A stretch of 55,724 bases of DNA, taken from assembly GCA_023512635.1 (NCBI GenBank), contig JAILZF010000001.1, positions 1-55,724 of the forward strand. The letters run 5' to 3'. Both the position numbers and the translations under genes were made by a program. The notes beneath the pieces were generated by a model. The model searched no databases. It was not told the origin of the DNA and saw nothing but the letters and a program-made list of their open reading frames with translations. Below, one piece after another: positions 1 through 9,333 of this stretch. The stretch comes from Alicyclobacillus sp. Lineage in GTDB: Bacteria; Bacillota; Bacilli; Alicyclobacillales; Alicyclobacillaceae. Numbering within the stretch: position 1 is the stretch's first letter; the number at the start of each line of letters is the position of its first letter.

Positions 1-40
1 TGGGCCGCGCTGCGAGTGTGCGCAATCCTTGCCCTTTCCC

Positions 41-69
41 ATCATACTTGCCAACGCTCGGCTTGGCAA
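41..69 (-). promoter_or_regulatory. sigma-A-like promoter pointing off the left edge, overlapped by an inverted repeat
   Basis: Minus strand TTGCCA-17 nt-TATGAT; inverted repeat TTGCCAA-N8-TTGGCAA at 48-69. Confidence 0.55.
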
Positions 70-87
70 CAGAGGATACGCGGATTT

Positions 88-1614
88 TTATTCAGCAGGT
101 CTACGGGTCTGTGTTGCACCACCCGCCGCAGCAGGGAACCACTGCCGGTACTGGGTGAGCAAATCGTGCACCATACCCAAGGCGGCGCGGTGCGCCTGGG
201 CTGAGGGCGCGTCAGCCACCAGTACGCAAAACGCTACCTGCGCCTGGGGATATGGAGCCACCCCAGCCACCCAGGCGTTGACGTGACCGTCGGCCAGCTC
301 TGCCGTCCCCGTCTTGACCGCCACCGGCACAGCCACATTCGCCAGCCGATGTGCAGTGCCGTGCGGGGAAACCACTGCCAGCCGCATCCCGGCCAGCAGG
401 TGAGCGGCCGTGGCTGCTGACACCGCCCGCTGGGGCCGGAGGTTGCGGTAATCGCGCAGCACCCGGCCGTGCAGCTCTGCGTCGCGGACGAGCTGCGCGT
501 CCCGTACCACCCCTCCTGCCGTCAGCGCCGAAACCAGACCAGCCACTTGCAACGGCGACATCCGCACGTCTTGCTGGCCGATGGCCGTGTTGGCTAGCAA
601 ACCCGCGTCAGCACCCGGCGTTGCAAACACCTTCCCGGCTTCCGCCTCTGCCAACACCTCCCGTCCGTCCACCTTTTGCAACCCTGTCTCTGTCAGACGC
701 CAGCGTTCTGCCGCCGTTTCCAGCCCTTGTCGGCCTAACATCCAACCCACACGGGCAAACGCCGCGTCGCACGACTGGGCCAGGGCCTCCAGCAGCGTCT
801 CGCGCCCGTGCACCGTCCAACAGCGCATGCGTACCCCAGGCACCTCGGCCATGCCCCGGCAAACGAGGGTGTCGTCTGCCGCTGCCCGGCCTGCGTCCCA
901 AGCCGCCCCTGCCGTCACCAACTTAAATACCGATCCCGGGGTAAACGTGCGTACGGCGTTGTTCCGCTCCGGGACGGCCTCATCGCAGCTGGCCATGGCC
1001 AACACCTCGTTGCTGGCGGTTGCGATCACCACCACGGCCCCCTCACGTACGCCGTAAGCCCGCAGCACACGGTTAGCCAATGCTTGCCAAGCGGGATCGA
1101 CCGTGGTGCGAACATCCGCGCCTGGCTGAGGGGGGAGGGTGTACAAGGGGGGTACTGAGACGGCCACCGGTGCCGGCGTCAGGGTACCCGTCACCCCTGG
1201 CTGACGGCTGCGCAACACCGCGTCAAACGTGCGCTCGAGCCCAGACCGTCCTTGCTCCGCCACAGCCAACTGCGGTTGCGGCCAGACGTCTGGCAGGCCT
1301 ACCCGGCCGAGGACCGGGTCCGCACGGCCCTCAGTTCGCTCGCTGTGTACCCCCAGCCGCCGGCCCCACACCAGCACCGGCCGCCACCGCCCGGACCAAG
1401 GCTGCCCCGAGCGGTACAACACACGGCCGCGGCCATCGTCTGTGGTCACCCCGTGCAGGTGCTCAAGCGCTGCCCGCGTGCGCAACCCGGGCCAGGAGCC
1501 AGAACCTCGCCATCCGTCCGGCATACAGGTGACCACCGCCAGACGCACTGTCAACAGGGCCAAACCTGCCATCCAGCAGCCAGCCAGCACAGCCGCCCGC
1601 CTCTGCAACCGCAC
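88..1614 (-). CDS. class B penicillin-binding protein (PbpI/YrrR-like transpeptidase)
   Basis: N-terminal TM helix; GSVFK (SxxK), SCD (SxN position), AIGQ and KTGTAE motifs; AGAGGAGG RBS before GTG; lies downstream of mltG as in Bacillus. Confidence 0.85.
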   Translation of the reverse strand: MRLQRRAAVLAGCWMAGLALLTVRLAVVTCMPDGWRGSGSWPGLRTRAALEHLHGVTTDDGRGRVLYRSGQPWSGRWRPVLVWGRRLGVHSERTEGRADPVLGRVGLPDVWPQPQLAVAEQGRSGLERTFDAVLRSRQPGVTGTLTPAPVAVSVPPLYTLPPQPGADVRTTVDPAWQALANRVLRAYGVREGAVVVIATASNEVLAMASCDEAVPERNNAVRTFTPGSVFKLVTAGAAWDAGRAAADDTLVCRGMAEVPGVRMRCWTVHGRETLLEALAQSCDAAFARVGWMLGRQGLETAAERWRLTETGLQKVDGREVLAEAEAGKVFATPGADAGLLANTAIGQQDVRMSPLQVAGLVSALTAGGVVRDAQLVRDAELHGRVLRDYRNLRPQRAVSAATAAHLLAGMRLAVVSPHGTAHRLANVAVPVAVKTGTAELADGHVNAWVAGVAPYPQAQVAFCVLVADAPSAQAHRAALGMVHDLLTQYRQWFPAAAGGATQTRRPAE

Positions 1615-1723
1615 AGCCTCCTCTGCATCCCAGCGCCGGGGAACTCCGCATCTCGTCTAGGCTCCCCAGCCATTCCATCCGTTATACATGCCAGGCCAGG
1701 CAACCTATCCTGGGCCCCGCGGT

Positions 1724-2833
1724 TCAATTCGCCCGAGCTGACTGGCTGTGCGCTTTCAGGTTTGCTGCGCTCAACGCTTCGTTGTGGAGCTGCTCAGCGT
1801 ACGTCTGCGCAAAGTAGTGCTCTCCGCTGCCGTCGTTTTTCACGACATAGTACAGATAAGGGGTGTGCGCGGGGTGCAACGCGGCAAGAATGGACGGAAT
1901 CCCCGGGCTGGCGATGGGCCCGGGCGGCAACCCGAAGTGCAGGTATGTGTTGTACGGGTCTTGCACTTGAAGGTCTTTTAGTGTGAGGACGTCCCGGTGG
2001 CCCAGGACGTACTCGACCGTTGCGTCTATTTGCAACTTCATCGGCGGCTGATGGTTCAACCGGTTTTCGATCACGCTGGCAATCAACGGCCGCTCTGCGT
2101 CCACCCGCGCCTCCCGCTCAATCATCGAGGCTTCCGTGACCACGTCGTACAAAGTACGCCCCTCCGCCTTGGCCACTGCACCGTAAGGCTGATCGACGTT
2201 GCGTTCAAACGCTTGCAGCATCTCGTCAACCACCGCATGCGCCGGGGTATGGGGGTTAAACCGGTACGTATCAGGATATAAAAACCCTTCCAGCCGGTAC
2301 TTCACTTGCGCATGTTGCGGCAGTTGTTGCACGATGGTTTCCGTAAACTCACCGTGCTGAACCTCGTCCAAAAACGCCTGGCGGCTGCAAATCCCGGCAG
2401 CCGCCAGGCGATCCGCGATTTGTTCGACCGTGTAGCCCTCTGGAATCGTGACCCATGCCGAGCGGTCCAACGCTTTCCCCGAGACGAGCAGGGCCAACAG
2501 CTCGGGCACACTCTGGCCACGTGGCACGTCGTACGTCCCTGCTTGCACTCGCCCAGCTTGCCCGGTGATGACCACGTACAGTTGAAACGCCCATGCGCTG
2601 CGCACCAATCCGTGCGCTTGCAAGGTTTGAGCCACTTCGCGGACGCTGTCTCCGCGCGGCAGCGTAACCTGGACACTACCCGTCCCCGGCAGCGGTGCCA
2701 GCGCCCAAGCGCAAACGCCTGCTACAGCCGCCGTAAACAAGACGGCGGCGCCCAGCACCGCCCCTGCCCAGCGAATCCACGCCCTTCGCCGGCCAGGTGC
2801 GCTGCCCGCGCCCTGTGTTCGTTCTCCAGACAC
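1724..2833 (-). CDS. mltG: endolytic transglycosylase MltG (YceG family)
   Basis: TIPEG, LEGFLYPDTY, ASMIEREA, LQIDAT and YNTY..GLPPGPIASPG motifs. Start placed at GTG 2833, just after the ruvX stop (approximate). Confidence 0.92.
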   Translation of the reverse strand: MSGERTQGAGSAPGRRRAWIRWAGAVLGAAVLFTAAVAGVCAWALAPLPGTGSVQVTLPRGDSVREVAQTLQAHGLVRSAWAFQLYVVITGQAGRVQAGTYDVPRGQSVPELLALLVSGKALDRSAWVTIPEGYTVEQIADRLAAAGICSRQAFLDEVQHGEFTETIVQQLPQHAQVKYRLEGFLYPDTYRFNPHTPAHAVVDEMLQAFERNVDQPYGAVAKAEGRTLYDVVTEASMIEREARVDAERPLIASVIENRLNHQPPMKLQIDATVEYVLGHRDVLTLKDLQVQDPYNTYLHFGLPPGPIASPGIPSILAALHPAHTPYLYYVVKNDGSGEHYFAQTYAEQLHNEALSAANLKAHSQSARAN

Positions 2834-2840
2834 CCCTGTG

Positions 2841-3272
2841 TCATCCCCGTTTCTCTGCCTGCGCCCGCTTCCAGTCGAGATACCCTTGCAACAGCACCGC
2901 CGCCGCCACCGCGTCTTCCACCGCACGCCGGCGCTTGCCAAAGACCTGGGCGTCCTGCAACAGGCGCTGTGCCGCCAAGGTGGTCAGGCGCTCGTCGCGC
3001 AAGACCACCGGCACCCCGGTGCGCTCTGCTAGTAACCTGGCAAACGCCTGGCTGCGTTGCGCCTGGACGCCGGCGCTGCCATCCATGTTGCGCGGGTAGC
3101 CTACCACCACTTCGGATACGCCTTCGCGCGCGATCACCGCGGCTACCTCGGCCACCGCCTGTTCGTCACTCTGCCGCCGCAACACCGTCAGGGCGTGTGC
3201 CAACAGCCCCGTCTCGTCGCTGACAGCCAGGCCAATGCGTGCCCCGCCATAATCGACACCGAGTACCTTCAT
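2841..3272 (-). CDS. ruvX: Holliday junction resolvase-like / pre-16S rRNA nuclease YqgF
   Basis: LGVDYGGARIGLAVSD, VVGYP, DERLTT and DAVAAAVLLQ motifs. Confidence 0.95.
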   Translation of the reverse strand: MKVLGVDYGGARIGLAVSDETGLLAHALTVLRRQSDEQAVAEVAAVIAREGVSEVVVGYPRNMDGSAGVQAQRSQAFARLLAERTGVPVVLRDERLTTLAAQRLLQDAQVFGKRRRAVEDAVAAAVLLQGYLDWKRAQAEKRG

Positions 3273-3284
3273 CTCACCGTCCGC

Positions 3285-3560
3285 TCAAGCGTGCCCGTTG
3301 TCCGCGTGTCGCTCGGCGTAAGCGCGGACGAGCTCTTCAATTAATTCATCGCGCTCAATCTGGCGAATGGTGTTGCGCGCGTCCAAGTGGTTGGTGATGT
3401 ACGCAGGGTCCCCGGAGATCAGATATCCGGCAATCTGGTACACCGGGTTGTATCCTTTCTCCGACAAGGCCCGATACGCGAGCTGAAACGCTTTGCGCGC
3501 GCGCTCGTTCTCCTGCCTGGGCGCGAAGCGCATGGTCTGGTCGAACTCCAAGCTAGGCAC
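3285..3560 (-). CDS. IreB/ReoM family (UPF0297) regulatory phosphoprotein
   Basis: DQTMRF and [23 protein letters not shown]...[11 protein letters not shown]; sits between alaS and ruvX. Confidence 0.93.
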   Translation of the reverse strand: MPSLEFDQTMRFAPRQENERARKAFQLAYRALSEKGYNPVYQIAGYLISGDPAYITNHLDARNTIRQIERDELIEELVRAYAERHADNGHA

Positions 3561-3643
3561 CTCGCTCCGCTCGACTTCGGCACGTACCGCAGGATCCAGA
3601 GCCTCCGCAGCCGTGCTTTACCTGTTCATTCGCTGAGACCCGC

Positions 3644-6277
3644 TCATTCTCCTGCGGCCGCACGGACAAATTCCGCCACCTTTTGCAGAGCAGCCGGCAG
3701 CTTGGCAGGGTCTTTGCCGCCCGCCTGCGCCAGGTCCGGCCGGCCCCCGCCACTGCCGCCTGCCAGCTGGGCAACCTGTTTGACCAATTGACCCGCGTGC
3801 AGTTTGCGCGCTTGCAAGTCTTTCGATACGGCCGCCACCAGAACCACCCGGTCGCCTTCGCTGCTGCCCAAGACAATGACGTGTGAAGGCAGCAGCGTGC
3901 GCAACTCGTCAATCGTCCGGCGCAGGCCGTCAGCGTCTTGCCCTGGGACCACTGCTGCCACCACCGGCACACCGCAGACCTGCTCTGCCTGGCTGGCCAG
4001 GTCAGCCGCCAGGTTGCGCTGTAACCGCGCCCGGGCGGCTGCCAACTCACGCTCCAGTTGGCGCAACTCTTCGACCGTCCGCTCCGCCCGTGCTAACACC
4101 TCGCCCGCCGGCGCCTTCAACACCTGCGCCACTTGCTGCAACAACGCCTCGCGGGCGCGCACATGGGCGTACGCCCAGCGCCCCGTCACCGCCTCAATCC
4201 GCCGCACGCCCGCGCCGATGCCGGTTTCGCTGACAATCTGGAAGAGGCCAATCACCCCCGTACGCTCGACGTGGCAACCGCCGCATAACTCGATGCTGTA
4301 GTCGCCCGCCTTGACCACACGCACCCTCTGCCCGTACTTTTCGCCAAACAGCGCCATGGCACCCATGGCCTTGGCTTGATCTAGGTCTGTTTCGAAGATC
4401 TCGACGGGCTCATCACGCCAGATGGCGTCGTTGACACGCCGCTCCACCTCTGCCAGCTCCTCGGCAGACAGCGGACCAAAGTGTGAGAAGTCAAAGCGCA
4501 ACCGCTGGTCGGCCACGAGCGATCCCGCTTGGGCCACGTGCTGGCCCAGTACTTCGCGCAAGGCTTTGTGCAACAAGTGGGTGGCGGTGTGGTTCTTGAT
4601 GATGTCCCGCCGCCAAGCCGAGCTGACCTGCGCCTGCACCTCATCCCCGCGCCGCAGAACGCCGCGGCGTACGCGCACGCGGTGCAACGGCTGGCCGTGT
4701 GGCGCCTTTTTGACGTCCAAGACTTCAACCTCGGCCGACGCACTCTGCAGGTGACCGCGGTCTCCTAACTGGCCGCCGCTCTCCGCGTAAAACGGTGTGA
4801 CGTCGAGCAACACCTCACCTTCCTCACCTGCTGCGAGTTGCTCGACCGCCGTGTTGCCGCGCACCAACGCGGTGACGTGCGCCGCAGCCTGAAGCTGCGT
4901 GTAGCCGACAAACCGGCTTTCTACGGTCAGCGTCTCGAGCACGCCGCGGTCCGCATTCATCCCTTCTGGCGTCTGCCGCGCTGCGCGCGCGCGTTCGCGC
5001 TGCGCCGCCAGTTCCTGTTCAAAACCCGCCCGGTCAACCTCCAAGCCGTGCTCGCGCGCCGTCTCCTCCGTCAAATCGAGAGGAAAACCAAACGTGTCAT
5101 ACAGGCGAAAAGCGTCCGCCCCCGGCAAGACGGTCTCACCGCGTTGCCGCAGCTGCTCGATGATGTCTGCCAGCAACGCCTCTCCTTCCGCCAGCGTCTC
5201 GTGGAACCGCTCTTCTTCCGTCCGCACCACACGCTGAATAAACTCCAGCTTCTCCCGCACCTCCGGGTACTCTTCCCCCATCACCTCGGCCACGACCGGC
5301 GCGAGCTCAAACAGGAAAGGCCGTTCCATGCCCAGCCGCCGGCCACTGCGGACCGCCCGGCGCAGCAGGCGGCGGATGATGTAGCTGCGCCCTTCGTTGC
5401 CTGGCAGGACCCCGTCGCTCACGCCAAAGACCACCGTGCGCAGATGGTCCGCGATGATTTTAAAGTGCACGTCGCGCTGCTTGTCCGCCCCATAAGGGAC
5501 ACCCGCCAATTGTGCCGTCGCTGCTAGCAGTGGGCGGAACAGGTCGGTTTCAAAGTTGTTCGGGACGTCTTGCAAAACCGAAGCGATGCGCTCCAACCCC
5601 ATGCCCGTGTCAATGTTCTTTTTCGGCAAGGGGGTGTAAGACCCGTCCGCTTCCTTGTTGTACTGAGTGAACACCAGGTTCCAAATTTCCAGGAAGCGGT
5701 CACAGTCGCAACCCGGGCCGCAGTCGGGCGCGCCGCAGCCATACGGCTCGCCGCGGTCATAGTAAATCTCCGAGCAGGGACCACACGGGCCTTCACCAAT
5801 CTCCCAGAAGTTGTCCTCGTCGCCCAGGACGATATGATCCCGCGGCAGACCCACGTCCTCGTGCCAGATACGCAAGGCTTCCTCGTCCTCACGGTGAACG
5901 GTCGCATACAAGCGCGCCGGTTCCAATGCCAGCGTCTGCGTTAAAAACTCCCAAGCCCAGCGGATGGCCTCTGCTTTAAAGTAGTCGCCAAACGAGAAAT
6001 TGCCCAGCATCTCAAACATCGTCTGGTGGCGGGCCGTGTAGCCAACGTTTTCAATGTCGTTGGTCCGGATGCACTTTTGCACGCTGACAATCCGCGGTTT
6101 TTCCGGGATTTCACGGCCGTCAAAGTACGGTTTAAGGGGGGCCATGCCCGCGTTGATCCACAGCAACGTCGGGTCGTCATGCGGAACCAGGCTGGCACTG
6201 GGAAACACCAAGTGACCGCGTTCCGCAAAAAACTGTTTGTAGGCGTTGCGAATCTGTTGAGCTGTCATGCGTTTCAT
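3644..6277 (-). CDS. alaS: alanine--tRNA ligase
   Basis: DPTLLWINAGM, TMFEMLGNFSFGDYFK, IDTGMGLER, HTATHLL, ELCGGCH and GGGRPDLAQAGG motifs; ATG 6277 with AGGAG RBS. Confidence 0.98.
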   Translation of the reverse strand: MKRMTAQQIRNAYKQFFAERGHLVFPSASLVPHDDPTLLWINAGMAPLKPYFDGREIPEKPRIVSVQKCIRTNDIENVGYTARHQTMFEMLGNFSFGDYFKAEAIRWAWEFLTQTLALEPARLYATVHREDEEALRIWHEDVGLPRDHIVLGDEDNFWEIGEGPCGPCSEIYYDRGEPYGCGAPDCGPGCDCDRFLEIWNLVFTQYNKEADGSYTPLPKKNIDTGMGLERIASVLQDVPNNFETDLFRPLLAATAQLAGVPYGADKQRDVHFKIIADHLRTVVFGVSDGVLPGNEGRSYIIRRLLRRAVRSGRRLGMERPFLFELAPVVAEVMGEEYPEVREKLEFIQRVVRTEEERFHETLAEGEALLADIIEQLRQRGETVLPGADAFRLYDTFGFPLDLTEETAREHGLEVDRAGFEQELAAQRERARAARQTPEGMNADRGVLETLTVESRFVGYTQLQAAAHVTALVRGNTAVEQLAAGEEGEVLLDVTPFYAESGGQLGDRGHLQSASAEVEVLDVKKAPHGQPLHRVRVRRGVLRRGDEVQAQVSSAWRRDIIKNHTATHLLHKALREVLGQHVAQAGSLVADQRLRFDFSHFGPLSAEELAEVERRVNDAIWRDEPVEIFETDLDQAKAMGAMALFGEKYGQRVRVVKAGDYSIELCGGCHVERTGVIGLFQIVSETGIGAGVRRIEAVTGRWAYAHVRAREALLQQVAQVLKAPAGEVLARAERTVEELRQLERELAAARARLQRNLAADLASQAEQVCGVPVVAAVVPGQDADGLRRTIDELRTLLPSHVIVLGSSEGDRVVLVAAVSKDLQARKLHAGQLVKQVAQLAGGSGGGRPDLAQAGGKDPAKLPAALQKVAEFVRAAAGE

Positions 6278-6307
6278 ACGCTCACTCCTGTACCCACGGT
6301 CAAGCGC

Positions 6308-6560
6308 CAAAACGCCTCTCATCCCAACAGGGACGAGAGGCGCTCTCGCGGTACCACCCTGATTACAGCCCTGCCGCCGCCCATCCGCAGCGGCGGGCGG
6401 TGCTGTCACTTTTGTTCGCGGTAACGGGCGAAACCCGGCGGCTGGACGCACTTGAGGATGGCTTCAGCACGCGGAACTGGAACACCTTGCAGCCAATGGG
6501 CGTCCTCTCTGGCACAGTTCGCTGCGGCCTACTCGTTCCTCGCATCGCTTTAGCAAACCT
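6308..6560 (-). promoter_or_regulatory. T-box riboswitch (Ala) upstream of alaS
   Basis: T-box AATCAGGGTGGTACCGCG at 6347-6364. Stem I elements GCGATG..GGAACGAGTA, AGAGAG and GGCTGCA; GAA-GCC specifier (GCC = Ala, 6460-6462); terminator CGCCTCTC..GAGAGGCGTTTT. Confidence 0.93.
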
Positions 6561-6573
6561 GATTGCGGCTACG

Positions 6574-6602
6574 ATTTTACAAGAATCCCCTGATGAAGTC
6601 AA
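6574..6602 (-). promoter_or_regulatory. sigma-A promoter for the alaS leader
   Basis: TTGACT-17 nt-TAAAAT. Confidence 0.8.
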
Positions 6603-6685
6603 TGGACCACAGGCCGCAGGTCCTCCGCCGGCCAAGGACATCCGAACACGGCCTTGTCTCCTCAGAGGCCACAGTACGCGTGGGA

Positions 6686-7756
6686 TTACAGGCCTGCGGG
6701 ACCACCGTGGCGCCGGCTGCGCACCTGCGTATAGACCACTTTGCCAACGGCCAATACCGGAACGGCACAGACCAGTCCCAGCACCCCCGCCAGTTCACCG
6801 CCAATCAACACGGCAGCCACAATCGCCAGCGGGTGCAGGTGCAAGGTCCGGCCCATGATCTGCGGCTGAATCAGGTTGCCTTCCAGCTGTTGCACCACCA
6901 AGTTGACCAGCAAGGTTTGAATGGCCAACTTCGGACTGACAGAGAGGGCCAGCAAGACGGCGGGGGCAGCGCCCAGAAAGGGACCAAGGTACGGAATGAT
7001 GTCCATAATGGCCAGGAACAACGCGAGCAACAGGGCGTATGGAACACCTACCACCAGGTACCCGGCGTACGTCAACACCCCCACCGACAGCATCACCAGC
7101 AGCTGGCCGCGCACATAACTACCAAGTGTCGCGTCTACACCCACCATGATGTCTCGTGCTTCTTGGCGGTAAGCTGGCGGGATGAGATGCAACACCGCCC
7201 GGCCTAAGGCCTTGCCGTCCTTGAGCATGTAAAACACCAAAAACGGCACGACGAACGCCACAAACACCGCGCTGACGGTTCCTGACAACCCGGCCACGGC
7301 CTGTGCCGCCGCCGCGGTCAAACGCTGTTCCGCCTGTGCCAGTGCCGCTTCAATGCCACGCCGTACTGCATCTGGCAGGTACTGTCGTCTTTGAACCAAG
7401 CCGTCGAGCCATTGGTCAGCCTGCTGAATCAGTTCCGGGAGGTGCTGAGCCAGTTGCGACAACTGCCTGGAGACCACCGGGATCGCCTGCAGAATGGCCA
7501 CCGCTGCCAGCACGGCAAACGTCAAATAGATGATGAGAATGGCTGGCCCGCGCGGTACCCGGCGGCGAACCAACAACTCGACCACCGGTTGCAGCAGGTA
7601 TGTCACCACCATGGCCGCCAGAAACGGTAAGACCACCACTTTCAAGACCGACCAGATGTCGTACAGGAAATCACGCAGCTGTGCAACCAGGTACAGACAC
7701 AGCAGCGTGGCCAAGACCGACAACACCGCTCGCTGATAGCGGCTCCCCCACCCCAC
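6686..7756 (-). CDS. AI-2E family transporter (YrrI-like)
   Basis: Multi-TM protein with PFL..YLLQP, YVRGQLL, IPYLGPFLG and QQLEGNLIQP..G.TLHLHP motifs; GTG 7756 with GGGAGG RBS. Confidence 0.92.
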   Translation of the reverse strand: MGWGSRYQRAVLSVLATLLCLYLVAQLRDFLYDIWSVLKVVVLPFLAAMVVTYLLQPVVELLVRRRVPRGPAILIIYLTFAVLAAVAILQAIPVVSRQLSQLAQHLPELIQQADQWLDGLVQRRQYLPDAVRRGIEAALAQAEQRLTAAAAQAVAGLSGTVSAVFVAFVVPFLVFYMLKDGKALGRAVLHLIPPAYRQEARDIMVGVDATLGSYVRGQLLVMLSVGVLTYAGYLVVGVPYALLLALFLAIMDIIPYLGPFLGAAPAVLLALSVSPKLAIQTLLVNLVVQQLEGNLIQPQIMGRTLHLHPLAIVAAVLIGGELAGVLGLVCAVPVLAVGKVVYTQVRSRRHGGPAGL

Positions 7757-7998
7757 GCGGCTCCCTCCCTGTTGCACCCAGCGGTTCGCCCAGCCTGTCC
7801 GGTCTTATCCAGTATACGCAGCCGGCCCGCCGTGCATGATCCGCACCCTGGTCGTCTCCAGCCACCCGGCAAGAGCATGCGTGAAGCGGGCTTGGCGGCA
7901 GCACTTGCAAACCCCAGGGGCTGACTGTTTGCGTGCGTCCACGCGTTTTCTTTATACTGGTGCTCGAGTGCGGAAGGACGAGCAGAGAGGTGGAAGCC

Positions 7999-8376
7999 GT
8001 GGCATACCTGGCGGTGGCCTTGGGCGGTTGTCTGGGGGCCTTGGCGCGTTGGGGGATTAGCGAAAGCCTGGGGACGTGGGGAGGTTTCCCGTGGGCCACC
8101 TGGTTGATCAACCTGTCGGGCAGTTTTTTTCTGGCGTGGTTTTACACCATCACGCTGGAGCGATTCCCGTTGCACCCGCTACTGCGGCTGGGCGTGGGCA
8201 CCGGATTTGTCGGGGCTTACACGACTTTTTCCACCCTGACTGTCGACGTGTGGAACCTGGTGCAGGCGCACCTGTATGGGATGGCGTTGGCGTACGTGGG
8301 CCTGTCTTTGGCAGGCGGCCTGGCTTGCGCCGCAGCCGGTTACGGACTCGCCCGACGGCAGACGCGACTGAGCTAA
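7999..8376 (+). CDS. crcB: fluoride channel Fluc/CrcB (first subunit of pair)
   Basis: GGCLGALARW, FPWATWLINLSGSF and GTGFVGAYTTFST motifs; start GTG 7999 (alternative 7990). Confidence 0.93.
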   Translation: MAYLAVALGGCLGALARWGISESLGTWGGFPWATWLINLSGSFFLAWFYTITLERFPLHPLLRLGVGTGFVGAYTTFSTLTVDVWNLVQAHLYGMALAYVGLSLAGGLACAAAGYGLARRQTRLS

Positions 8377-8402
8377 CCCGGTACAAAGCAGGGGGATAGA
8401 CG

Positions 8403-8765
8403 ATGCTCTATGTAGGGCTGGGCGGGGTGTTGGGGGCCTTGCTACGCTATCAAATCTCGCAGTGGATGAGTCGGGTGACCCGTGGCCCCCTGCCCCTAGC
8501 CACCCTGGTCATCAACGTGACAGGCTCGTTCTTGCTCGGTTTGTTGACCCGCCACGCTGGTTTGTGGTTTGCGGACCGCGCCAACGCCGCTATGCTCCTG
8601 CTTGGCACCGGGTTGTGCGGCGCCTATACCACGTTCTCCACCTTTTCCTATGAAGCACTCATGTTGCTCCGCGAGCGGCGGTTGGCTACCGCTGCGGTCT
8701 ACATCGCGGGTTCGGCTGTGTTCGGCCTGGCTGCCGCCGGCATTGGCCTGCACGGCATCCCTTAA
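8403..8765 (+). CDS. crcB: fluoride channel Fluc/CrcB (second subunit of pair)
   Basis: GGVLGALLRY, ATLVINVTGSF and GTGLCGAYTTFSTF motifs; tandem pair typical of heterodimeric Fluc. Confidence 0.93.
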   Translation: MLYVGLGGVLGALLRYQISQWMSRVTRGPLPLATLVINVTGSFLLGLLTRHAGLWFADRANAAMLLLGTGLCGAYTTFSTFSYEALMLLRERRLATAAVYIAGSAVFGLAAAGIGLHGIP

Positions 8766-8798
8766 CCCTCGCCACCACGGCAACATGCAGCAACCGGG

Positions 8799-8984
8799 TT
8801 ACACCGTGCCCAATTCGAGGGAATCTGGCAGCAGCTCCACCGCTACCAAAGAACCATCCTCTGCCACCTCGTACAGGCGGACATCGTCGCCCGAGACGCT
8901 AAACTCCATAAAGCAACCCCAGCAATAGTACTGATTGGCTCCAATTTTGCCGACGTCCCGGCAATGGCAGTGTGGACAACGCAT
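8799..8984 (-). CDS. small Zn-ribbon-like protein (YrzR-like conserved Bacillales protein)
   Basis: MRCPHC...GKIGANQYYCWGCFME...EDGSL; AAAGGAG RBS. Confidence 0.8.
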   Translation of the reverse strand: MRCPHCHCRDVGKIGANQYYCWGCFMEFSVSGDDVRLYEVAEDGSLVAVELLPDSLELGTV

Positions 8985-9086
8985 GGTCGGGTCTCCTTTG
9001 TCCGGAGCTGTCCGCTCACCCGCACGCACTCACGACGACGGAACGCAGGCGCACGAACACGTCCGGTGGATTCTGGAATCATGTTC

Positions 9087-9116
9087 TAGCCTAACCAGCC
9101 AACGCAAGGGATAAAC
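9087..9116 (-). promoter_or_regulatory. putative sigma-F-type (forespore) promoter
   Basis: GTTTA-15 nt-GGTTAGGCTA resembles the B. subtilis sigma-F consensus. Confidence 0.45.
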
Positions 9117-9201
9117 GAGCTGCTCTTCATGGTTTCTCAAGGCAACCGTGTTCCTCTTGGCAGCGGCAAGACCACCTCGCTGGGCAGCCTAGCAACAACC
9201 G

Positions 9202-9231
9202 AAAAAAAGAAGCCTGCCCTCGGGACAAGCC
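9202..9231 (-). terminator. intrinsic terminator downstream of iscS
   Basis: Hairpin GCTTGTCC..GGCAGGC followed by TTCTTTTTTT. Confidence 0.7.
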
Positions 9232-9333
9232 CATGGTAGTCGATCTGATGCTGGGGTGCAATGAAATTTATGGGAATCCGACAAGGTTTCCCGCTTTTAG
9301 ACAAAACCCGACTGTGACATCTTTGTGAAGCCC

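Noticed and set aside
7780..7998. Fluoride riboswitch upstream of the crcB pair
   Set aside because: No GGCGAUGG...UGAC/UAAUG-type core is present; only a TTGCGT-18-TATACT promoter candidate.
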